Positions 1-9,627 of a stretch of 16,320 bases of DNA are shown piece by piece. Source of the DNA: Candidatus Velthaea sp. (GTDB taxonomy: Bacteria > Vulcanimicrobiota > Vulcanimicrobiia > Vulcanimicrobiales > Vulcanimicrobiaceae); NCBI GenBank assembly GCA_050012475.1, contig JBEKHC010000107.1, positions 1 to 16,320 of the forward strand, written 5' to 3'. Under the pieces are notes generated by a model. That model ran no database searches, was not told the origin of the DNA, and was given only the letters and a program-made list of their open reading frames with translations. Made by a program: the position numbers and the translations under genes. How positions within the stretch are numbered: the first letter of the stretch is position 1; every line of letters starts with the position of its first letter.

Positions 1-8
1 ATTTCCAG

Positions 9-136
9 GCCCGCGGCTCGGCTCGAAGGGCCGAACGCCGCGGATTCGGCGCAGCCGAGAGACCCGATAGAAAACACCAAAGCCCGCGGATCGGCCCCAA
101 AGGGCCGAACGCCACGGATTCGGCGCAGCCGAATCC
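9..136. repeat. Two near-identical ~50-bp direct repeats (9-58, 82-132), each made of two short hairpins; REP-like cluster
   Basis: gcccgcggctcggctcgaagggccgaacgccgcggattcggcgcagccga vs gcccgcggatcggccccaaagggccgaacgccacggattcggcgcagccga. Hairpins: tcggctc-gaa-gggccga (18-34), tcggc-gca-gccga (46-58), tcggccc-caaa-gggccga (91-108), ggattcggc-gca-gccgaatcc (116-136). Confidence 0.85.
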
Positions 137-155
137 TGCTGGAGGGGGACGCACC

Positions 156-1211
156 GTGCCCACCCATCGCGTAAAGTTCGAACCCGTCGATATCGAGATC
201 GACGTCGATCAAGACGAAAACGTTCTGCATGCCGCGTTTCGGCAAGGCTTGATGCTCGCCCACGGCTGCAAAGCCGGGCAGTGTTCGGCCTGCAAGGCCT
301 ACCTCATCGAAGGCGACACCGATCTGGCAAAATACTCCACGTTTGCGCTTTCGGACATGGAACGTGAAGAGGGCTATACGCTGCTGTGCAAAACGCACGT
401 GTACAGCGATACGGTCATCGAGTTGCTGCACTTCGACGAAGAGATGCTGCGCAACGCGAACCCGATCCGCACGGTGCCGGCGCGCGTGGCCGAGATCGAA
501 GCGCTCACGCACGACATCCGGCGCTTGCGGCTGACGCTCGCAACTCCCGGCGAGCTGACGTTTGCGCCCGGACAATACGTTGACGTTCACGTTCCGGGTT
601 CGGACCAGACGCGTTCGTTCTCGATGGCCAACACGCCGGCTCAGCGCGACTACCTCGAGTTCATCATCAAGCTCTATCCCGGCGGTTTGTTTTCGGGGCT
701 GCTCGAGGGTTCGCTCAAAGCGGGCGATCCGCTCGACGTCACGGGACCGTACGGAACCTGCGTGCTGCGCGAGCGTTCCGAGCGCGACCTCATCTTCATG
801 GGCGGCGGCGCCGGCATGGCGCCGCTGTGGTCGCTCATCAGCGCGCTGGCGGAGAGCAACTCGCAGCGCAACGTCACCTTCTACTACGGCGCGCGCGCGC
901 CGCGCGATATCTTCTTCGCGAACGAGATCGCGGCGCTCGGCGCTCGGCTGCCGAATTTCCGCAGCACGCTGGCGCTCTCCGAAGTCGGCCCGGAGCAGTC
1001 GTGGAACGGCGAAGTCGGGATGATCACCGATGTCGCCGACCGCCTCGAGCCCGATTTGACCGAGCACGAAGCCTATATTTGCGGGCCGCCGCCGATGGTC
1101 GATGCGGCAATCGCCCTGCTCGAACGGCGCGGTGTTCCGGCGGAACGTATCTATTTCGATAAATTCACCACTACGGCGAGCCCCGATCTGGCTCTCGCCC
1201 AGCGGCGCTGA
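156..1211 (+). CDS. prmB: Soluble di-iron (propane-type) monooxygenase reductase, 2Fe-2S/FAD/NAD(P)H (PrmB/MimB-like)
   Basis: N-terminal plant-type ferredoxin (GCKAGQCSACK...LLCK), FAD motif RSFS, NAD motif GGGAGMAP, YICGPPPMV, C-terminal FDKF. GTG start with GGAGG at 141-145. Followed by beta subunit and coupling protein genes. Confidence 0.9.
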   Translation: MPTHRVKFEPVDIEIDVDQDENVLHAAFRQGLMLAHGCKAGQCSACKAYLIEGDTDLAKYSTFALSDMEREEGYTLLCKTHVYSDTVIELLHFDEEMLRNANPIRTVPARVAEIEALTHDIRRLRLTLATPGELTFAPGQYVDVHVPGSDQTRSFSMANTPAQRDYLEFIIKLYPGGLFSGLLEGSLKAGDPLDVTGPYGTCVLRERSERDLIFMGGGAGMAPLWSLISALAESNSQRNVTFYYGARAPRDIFFANEIAALGARLPNFRSTLALSEVGPEQSWNGEVGMITDVADRLEPDLTEHEAYICGPPPMVDAAIALLERRGVPAERIYFDKFTTTASPDLALAQRR

Positions 1212-1234
1212 CGCGCAAAGAGAGGACGACATCC

Positions 1235-2367
1235 GTGTCTGTTACAACTGACGCGAACCAAACCGCCGGCACGACCAAAGAACTCCATTCGCGCGACGTT
1301 CCCAGGATCGAGTTCACGGATGCCGAGGCGGGGGCGCTCACGTTCCCCAGCTCCGAAAGCCGCACGTACAATTATTTCACGCCGCAGAAGCAGCGCGCGT
1401 CGGTGTACGAAGAAGTCACCTGCGACGTGCAGCCGGATCCCGAACGCTACCTCACGCAGGGCTGGCTGTACGCCTTTGCCAACGGCGAGGCGGGCTATCC
1501 CAAGGATTGGACGCAGCTCAAATCGTCGGATTGGCACGCCTTCCGCGACCCGAACCAGGAATGGGAACAGACGATCTATCGCAACAACGCCAACGTCGTG
1601 CGGCAGATTCAGCTCAACATCGACAACGCAAAGCTGCAGAAAGCGTTCGCTGCCTGGAACAAGCAGTGGGCGCAGGTCGTCGCCCGCCACGTCGGCGCCT
1701 GGATGCATGCCGAACATGGTCTGGGTATGCACGTTTTCGTACCGGCGCAGCGCGACGCGCCCACGAACATGATCAACAACGCGATTTCCGTCAACTCGAT
1801 GCACAAGCTGCGCTTCGCCCAAGACCTCGCGCTCTACAATCTGGAACTGAGCGAGCAGATCCCTGGTTTCGAGGGCCAAGTGCACAAGTCGGCCTGGATG
1901 CAGGACCCGATCTGGCAAGGCGTGCGCGAGAACGTCGAGCGCCTGACCGCGATCAAAGATTGGGCTGAAGCGGTCTTCGCCGCCAACGTCGTCTTCGAAC
2001 CGCTGGTGGGCGAGCTCTTCCGCAGCAACTTCGTGCTGCAAGTCGCGGCGCCGAACGGCGACTACGTGACGCCCAGCATCGCCGGCGCGGGCGAGAACGA
2101 TTACGAACGCGATTTGCGCTACACCAATGAATTGTTCTCGCTCCTCGTCAACGACAAGCAACACGGCGAATCGAATCGCGGCATCCTCCAGGGCTGGACC
2201 GACCGCTATGCGCCGATGAACCTCAAGGCCGCGCGCGATCTGCAGCCGATCTGGTCGCAGCCGCTGGTCAAGCCGGTCAAATTCGAGGATTCGCTCGACA
2301 ACAGCAAAGCTCGCTTTGCCGCCACCCTCACTGCCCTCAACCTGCAAATGCCCAAGGAGGTCTCCGC

Positions 2368-2371
<4 letters not shown>
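1235..2371 (+). CDS. prmC: Propane-type monooxygenase hydroxylase beta (small) subunit (PrmC/MimC-like)
   Basis: IEFTDAEAGALTFPSS, YEEVTCDVQPDP, DWHAFRDPNQEWE and NVVFEPLVGELFRS match group-5 SDIMO beta subunits as I recall them. GAGG SD before GTG. Confidence 0.9.
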
Positions 2372-4400
<2,029 letters not shown>

Positions 4401-4410
4401 TGACGGCGCA

Positions 4411-5817
4411 TTGAGCCCGCTCGCGCTGCTCGTCGATCGCGTTCGCTCCCGTTCGTCGGCTTCGCCCAACGCGATCCCGGCGGACGGTGCGCGCGCGGTG
4501 CTGCAACCCGATGAAGACGTTCGCGCGCGCGACCGGCTGGCGGTGGCCAGCGCGCGCACGCAGCGCCGCTACATTTCGCTGTTTTTGTACCTGGTCGGTC
4601 CCGGCATCATCGTCATGCTCGCCGAGAACGACGGTCCGAGCATGCTGGCCTACGCCACGACCGGCGCAACGTACGGCATCGGATTCTTCATCCCGTTCAT
4701 CGTCGCCACGTTTGCGATGGCATTCGTCGTTCAGGAAGTGACCGCGCGCCTCGCGATCGCGACCAACTGCGGTCACGCACGGTTGATCTTCGAGCGGTAC
4801 GGAGCGTTTTGGGGCCGCTTTGCGCTCGGCGACCTCGTCATCGGCAACGCACTGACGCTCGTGGCGGAATTCATCGCGATCTGCGCGGGGGCGCGCTATT
4901 TCGGGATTCCGCCGCTCGTAGCGGTCGGCGCGACGTTCGTCATCGTCCTGGCGGCCTCTGCGCTAGGCCGGTACCGGCTGTGGGAACGCGTCGTGATCGG
5001 GCTTGCGCTGGGCAACTGCATCTTTATCCCCGCCGCGTTTTTCGCTCACACCGATCCGCATGCCGTGATCGGCTCGTTCGCAACGCTCGGCCTGCCGCCG
5101 CTGGGCGGCGGAGGCATGATGTTCGTAACGCTCTGCATGGCGAACATCGGCGCGACGGTCACGCCGTGGATGATTTTCTTTCAGCAAAGCGCGGTCGTCG
5201 ATAAGGGCCTGATGCGTGCGGATCTGCCGCAGGCGCGCATCGACACCGCGCTCGGTGCCGCGATCGCTGCCATCGCGGCCATCGCGACGGTCGTCGCAGC
5301 GTCGCCGCTCTTCGTGCATCACATCGATCCGGCGAACCTGAGCAGCGGAGCGGATTTCGCCAGCGCGCTGCGGCCGTATCTGGGCAGCATCGGCTCGACG
5401 CTGTTCGCGCTGGGGATGATCGAAGCCGGGCTCGTCGCGATCATGGCGATCTCAACGAGTTCCGCTTACGCGATCGGCGACGTATCGCATCGCGGCGCGA
5501 GCCTCAATCTCGACTTTGCTCACGCGCGTTTATTTTACGTGACCGGTTTGCTCTCGGTGGCGATCGCCGCGGCGATCGTGCTCATTCCGGGTGCGCCGTT
5601 GCTGGCGATCACCTTGACGGTCAACGTGATCGCCACGCTGCTGATGCCGCCGGCGCTCGTCTTTCTGCTGCTGCTCGTCAACGATCGCGAGCTGGTCGGC
5701 AATCTGGCCAACAGCCGGCTGCAAAACATCGCGGTGACGACGGTCATCGTCCTCGTCGCCGGTGCCGGGGCGGCCTTCGGACTGATGACGGCGTTCCCTG
5801 AGCTGGCTCCGCGATGA
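4411..5817 (+). CDS. Nramp/SLC11-related divalent metal transporter (NRMT-like clade); start uncertain (TTG 4411 or GTG 4498)
   Basis: About 11 hydrophobic segments, GPGIIVMLAENDGPS (TM1), VQEVTARL, IGATVTPWMIFFQQS (TM6). The 3886 start in the ORF track overlaps groEL and is not credible. Confidence 0.82.
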   Translation: MSPLALLVDRVRSRSSASPNAIPADGARAVLQPDEDVRARDRLAVASARTQRRYISLFLYLVGPGIIVMLAENDGPSMLAYATTGATYGIGFFIPFIVATFAMAFVVQEVTARLAIATNCGHARLIFERYGAFWGRFALGDLVIGNALTLVAEFIAICAGARYFGIPPLVAVGATFVIVLAASALGRYRLWERVVIGLALGNCIFIPAAFFAHTDPHAVIGSFATLGLPPLGGGGMMFVTLCMANIGATVTPWMIFFQQSAVVDKGLMRADLPQARIDTALGAAIAAIAAIATVVAASPLFVHHIDPANLSSGADFASALRPYLGSIGSTLFALGMIEAGLVAIMAISTSSAYAIGDVSHRGASLNLDFAHARLFYVTGLLSVAIAAAIVLIPGAPLLAITLTVNVIATLLMPPALVFLLLLVNDRELVGNLANSRLQNIAVTTVIVLVAGAGAAFGLMTAFPELAPR

Positions 5818-5972
5818 CCGTCTCGCGCTTGCGGCATGGGCCGCACGGCCTCGAAAAGTACCGCCGAGCCAGCCTGAACCGGCCGACGTTGCTGTTGCTC
5901 GCGGGTCTGCGGGCATATGCCATCGTGGCTGTCCTCATCGCCATCTACGCATTCTTTCACGCAGCGCGCTAA
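5814..5972 (+). CDS. 52-aa single-TM membrane microprotein (not in ORF track)
   Basis: Hand translation: MTVSRLRHGPHGLEKYRRASLNRPTLLLLAGLRAYAIVAVLIAIYAFFHAAR*. ATG overlaps the transporter TGA (ATGA). Basic N-terminus followed by a hydrophobic helix. Confidence 0.7.
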   Translation: MTVSRLRHGPHGLEKYRRASLNRPTLLLLAGLRAYAIVAVLIAIYAFFHAAR

Positions 5973-5999
5973 GCGGAGCTGGTCGGCTCAGCTGCCGCT
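5972..5999. terminator. Hairpin between convergent genes, possible terminator
   Basis: agcgg-agctg/gtcggct/cagct-g-ccgct: 10-bp stem with one bulge right after the microprotein stop. No U-tract on either side. Confidence 0.3.
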
Positions 6000-6034
6000 C
6001 AGCGCGACTTCACCGCGCGCGACGGCTCGTAACC

Positions 6035-7261
6035 CTAGGGCCGCTTCACCGCGGCTTGGATGTGTGCATACAAGGTTCCAAAGAGCGCTTGCAGCTTGCT
6101 CTGCGATTCCTGGGGCCGGCTGTTGGCAAACAAACACACGACGATACCCGAATCCGGAAAATACAGATGCGTCGCGCGAAAGCCCAGCGTTTCACCCTGA
6201 TAGAACCAGAACGTGCCGAGTTTGCGGTCGAACCGCTCCGACACGCCCAAGCCGAAACCGGCCGGGTCGTTCGCCGTGGGCACGGCGAGCGGTCGCGACG
6301 TTTTCATCGAGATGAGACGCATCAGCTCGCGTTTTTGTTGGGGCGGCAGGAGCTGCGTGCCCGCGTACATCTCGCGCGCCCACCGGGCCAAGTCCGCCGG
6401 CGTGGAGACGATCGAGCCGGCCGCTTGCGCCCACGATAGGCTGTAGCGGCTCACGTCCTTGCCGAGAAATCGCTGCAGGACGGGTTCGCTATTTTCGAAA
6501 TACCCGGCGACGACGCGGCGCGCGATCGGCGGCGCGTACTCATGCGAGGTGTAGTACGTATTGGTGAGATGAGCGCCGGCGATGATGCGGGCCAGCTCCT
6601 TCGCGAAGCTGCCGCTGCTGCTGCGCGCGTCGACTACCTTTTGCGCGAGCAGATAGCCGGTATTCGAATAAAAGTACTTCGTGCCTGGCGGAAACTTGAT
6701 GTTCGGATAGACGAACCGAATGAGCGCGTCCGCGGAAACGTCGGCTGTCGGGTACTCGGCATAGGAGTGTTCCCAGCTCAACGTATTGTCGTATGATTCC
6801 AGGCCGCCGGTCATGTTCAATAGTTTGCGGAGCGTGAGTTTGCGGTAGGCGGGATACTGCGGAAGATACGTGCCGAGCGGAGCGTCGATCGAGAGCCGGT
6901 GCTGCGCTTCGAGTTGCAGAAGGGCAACTGCCGTGAATGCTTTCGTATTGCTGCCGATTTGGAACAGGCTTGCCGGCGTTACCGCCGATCCGCCGTGGTC
7001 GCGAGTCGTTCCGGACGCGATATTGATCGCGGGCCGGCGCGAGTCGAAGCTGACGCTTAAGGATAACGCCGAGAGATGCTCGGCCGCCGAGCGCTGGTGA
7101 AGATAGGCGTCGAGATCGCTTTGCAGCGTCGCCGCCAAAGTGGATGCTCGTGACGCCGCTGAGGTTTCGCGCGCGTTGACGTCAGCTCGCAAGCCGAGCA
7201 CTACGACGATGATCGAGGCGAGGGCTGCAGCCGTTCCGCCGAGCCGTTGCCATCGGCGCAT
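6035..7261 (-). CDS. Secreted serine hydrolase, beta-lactamase class C / peptidase S12 (D-peptidase-like) family
   Basis: SxxK (FQIGSNTK), YxN (YFYSNTGY), third motif WFYQGETLGF. Signal-peptide-like N-terminus MRRWQR...IIVVVLGL. Start re-called to ATG 7261, which has a GGAG SD. Confidence 0.85.
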   Translation of the reverse strand: MRRWQRLGGTAAALASIIVVVLGLRADVNARETSAASRASTLAATLQSDLDAYLHQRSAAEHLSALSLSVSFDSRRPAINIASGTTRDHGGSAVTPASLFQIGSNTKAFTAVALLQLEAQHRLSIDAPLGTYLPQYPAYRKLTLRKLLNMTGGLESYDNTLSWEHSYAEYPTADVSADALIRFVYPNIKFPPGTKYFYSNTGYLLAQKVVDARSSSGSFAKELARIIAGAHLTNTYYTSHEYAPPIARRVVAGYFENSEPVLQRFLGKDVSRYSLSWAQAAGSIVSTPADLARWAREMYAGTQLLPPQQKRELMRLISMKTSRPLAVPTANDPAGFGLGVSERFDRKLGTFWFYQGETLGFRATHLYFPDSGIVVCLFANSRPQESQSKLQALFGTLYAHIQAAVKRP

Positions 7262-7361
7262 CTTTCGCTCTCCGTGAGAAACGCGCACCCGCAGCGCGTA
7301 CGCGGTCGCGCTTCTGCGTCCAGACACTGTTTCCTCGCCCGCTCATAGAAGAGGAACCGGT

Positions 7362-7439
7362 GCGGCCTGAGCGCAGCGCAAACGCCACCGCGGCTTGCGC
7401 CGCAGCCGCAAACGCCACGCATTGGGCGAAGCCCAATCC
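7362..7439. repeat. Three tandem hairpin units of the same REP-like family as 9-136
   Basis: gcgg-cc-tgagc/gca/gcgca-aacgcc (7362-7386), gcgg-c-ttgcgcc/gca/gccgcaa-acgcc (7390-7416), acgc-attgggc/gaa/gcccaat-cc (7417-7439). Confidence 0.75.
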
Positions 7440-7441
7440 AG

Positions 7442-8776
7442 TTAAGCCGCTAGACGAGTAGCGCTCCAATCGAAATGTCGCAAGCGCACGGCGGTCGCGC
7501 CGCACCAAAACAGCCAGGCGACGAGCCAGGCGAGCGGAACGGCGAAGAGCCCAGCGTGCAGCACGTTGAGCGCAAACCATACGCCGGGGAGTGCGATCGC
7601 GCCGGCGATGATGCCGACGAGCATCGAGAAACCGGTGTCGCCGGCTGCCCGAATGCGCGCAATGCCGACCATCGCGTAGCCTTTGAGCGGCAGCGAGAGC
7701 ATGTGCAGCGCCAGCGGTCCGGCGGCGAGTGCCGCCAGCCGCGCATCGAGCGTGCAGGCCAGCGCGATCGGCCAGGCGAGCAATGCGACAGCGATTCCGC
7801 CGGCAGTCGAGAGCGCGACAGCATAGCGAAATGCACCGCGCTCGAAGAAACGCGCACCCGCGATATCGGCGGCGCCGAAGCGCTGTCCGATGACGGTCTG
7901 CGCTGCGCTGCCCAAACTGCCGGGGATCGCCCAGGTGAGATCCGAGACGATCGCGATGACGCGAAATGCCGCCACGATTTGGGCCCCCAGCGGCGAGAGG
8001 ATCGCGACGATCGCAATGTCGGGTGCGACGACCAGAAAGAGATACACCGCTTCGGGTGCGCCCAGCCGGGCCATGCGCAGCGCCAGCCGCAGATCGATGT
8101 CTCGCGCGGCAAAGATGCGGTACTGCGGCCGGCGTCGTGCGGCGAACACCGCATATGCGGCCCCGATCGTCTCGGCGCACAGCGATGAAATGCCGGCCCC
8201 GACCAGACCCAATGGATGGTGCGTGCCCCAGCCCAGTGCGAGGCACAGCAGCAGCGGAATGTGGATGACGTTGATCCACACGAGCAGCTTGAGCCCCAGC
8301 CGCGTATCGCCCGCCGCGGCAAAAACGGTGTAAGCAGTGCCGGAAACGACGATCGGAACGATCGAACAGCAGCGCAAAATGAAGTAACGGCTGCCGGCGT
8401 CCAAGGTCGGCAACGGTCCGATGAGGGCACGCATCGCGGGTGCGCCCCACCACACGGCGGCGGCGACGATCGCGCAAGCCAGTCCGAGCGGAACCAGCAG
8501 CGACGCGCGCGTGATGCGGCCGAAGCGATCGAAGTCGCCGGCGCCGGCGGCTTGCGCGGCGAGAATGCCGGCCCCTTCACTCAAGCCGTTCAGCGTGAGA
8601 ACGATGGTGACGAAGACCGTCGTGGCGCCGGTGATCGCCGCGAGCGCAGCACTGCCGAACGTGCCGATGACGATGGTGTCCGCGATGCCCAACACTTGGT
8701 CGCCGATCGTCGCGGCGAAGGTGGGGACGGCGAGGCGCGCCAGCGTCCCGCCCACGTCACGGTGGTCGAGCGTCAC
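7442..8776 (-). CDS. MATE family efflux transporter
   Basis: 444 aa, ~12 TM. RLAVP...ADTIVIGTFGSAALAA, AGDTR, SLGSAAQTVIGQRFGA and RAAGDT repeated-half motifs. Confidence 0.88.
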   Translation of the reverse strand: MTLDHRDVGGTLARLAVPTFAATIGDQVLGIADTIVIGTFGSAALAAITGATTVFVTIVLTLNGLSEGAGILAAQAAGAGDFDRFGRITRASLLVPLGLACAIVAAAVWWGAPAMRALIGPLPTLDAGSRYFILRCCSIVPIVVSGTAYTVFAAAGDTRLGLKLLVWINVIHIPLLLCLALGWGTHHPLGLVGAGISSLCAETIGAAYAVFAARRRPQYRIFAARDIDLRLALRMARLGAPEAVYLFLVVAPDIAIVAILSPLGAQIVAAFRVIAIVSDLTWAIPGSLGSAAQTVIGQRFGAADIAGARFFERGAFRYAVALSTAGGIAVALLAWPIALACTLDARLAALAAGPLALHMLSLPLKGYAMVGIARIRAAGDTGFSMLVGIIAGAIALPGVWFALNVLHAGLFAVPLAWLVAWLFWCGATAVRLRHFDWSATRLAA

Positions 8777-8791
8777 CTGCTGCGCGGGCGG

Positions 8792-9409
8792 TCAGCGCCG
8801 TTCCGCTGGGACTTTGTTTTCCGGCGAGAGCATCGTGCCGACCGGCCCGGGGACGCCGATGAGGACGTCGCACTTCGCGTTTGCCGCGATCGATTCGATC
8901 GCTCGTCCGAGCGGAGCGCCGGTGTATTTGCCTTCACGATACGAACCCATGACGATCAAATGTGCTCCCTCACGTTTGGCGAGATCCAAGACGGCCGCGC
9001 TGATTTGCCGGGCATGCAGGATCTCGCTGCGCATGTGCACGCCGTTGTTGCGCGCGATGGCTTCGGCGGTCGCCAGAACCCCGAGTGCCGAACGATCTTC
9101 CTCCGGCGTCGACGCGCCTTCGGGGAGAATCATCGGCACTTCGATGACGTAGGTGGCGAGAAGTTCGGCGCTTTCACGCCGCGCCAGCCGCGCCGCGAGC
9201 ACCATCATGTGTTCGGAGTGAATTTCCTCGGCGAACACGACGATGATGCTGCCGACCATCTGTTGCAGCGCCGCTTCGGCCTGCTCAGCCGCCACCTCGG
9301 CGATCGAGCTGGGCGGGTGAAGCATCCAGTAGATGGTTGCTCCGATCGCTCCCGCGACGAACAGCGCGATGAGCGCACCTACGGGGTGGACGGTGATGAC
9401 ATTGTTCAT
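8792..9409 (-). CDS. Universal stress protein (USP) domain protein with N-terminal TM anchor
   Basis: Start re-called to ATG 9409 (MNNVITVHPVGALIALFVAGAIGATIYW), which overlaps the upstream stop (ATGA). USP signature AARLAR...YVIEVP...AHLIVMGS...AKCDVLI. Confidence 0.85.
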   Translation of the reverse strand: MNNVITVHPVGALIALFVAGAIGATIYWMLHPPSSIAEVAAEQAEAALQQMVGSIIVVFAEEIHSEHMMVLAARLARRESAELLATYVIEVPMILPEGASTPEEDRSALGVLATAEAIARNNGVHMRSEILHARQISAAVLDLAKREGAHLIVMGSYREGKYTGAPLGRAIESIAANAKCDVLIGVPGPVGTMLSPENKVPAERR

Positions 9410-9627
9410 TGCCGCCCCGTTCCCAGCGTCGAGCGTGCCTGAAGGTACTGCACGATGCGTACGATTCCCAGCGTGATGGCGACCAGCGCGAAACCAAAGC
9501 CGGCGATTTTGCTCTGCAGGGCTCCCGGGCGAAGCACGAGTTCGACCGCAATGACGATACCCAACAGGCTGAAGATCGCGCCACTGATCATGCGGTACCG
9601 GAACCAGGCGAGCGTCCCGCGCTTCAC
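9406..9627 (-). CDS. 73-aa two-TM hypothetical membrane protein
   Basis: Two hydrophobic helices (ISGAIFSLLGIVIAV; IAGFGFALVAITLGIV). GTGA overlap with the APC stop and ATGA overlap with the USP start; fills the gap exactly. Confidence 0.75.
   Translation of the reverse strand: MKRGTLAWFRYRMISGAIFSLLGIVIAVELVLRPGALQSKIAGFGFALVAITLGIVRIVQYLQARSTLGTGRQ

Noticed and set aside
9..136. CRISPR array
   Set aside because: Only two ~50-bp imperfect copies with a 23-bp gap, compound hairpin structure, a dispersed relative at 7362-7439, and no cas genes in the window.
1151..2347. 398-aa antisense ORF over prmC
   Set aside because: Antisense shadow of a clearly identifiable gene; no motifs.
6035..7261. 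Bona fide AmpC antibiotic-resistance gene
   Set aside because: Lacks the KTG motif; only family-level similarity is supportable.
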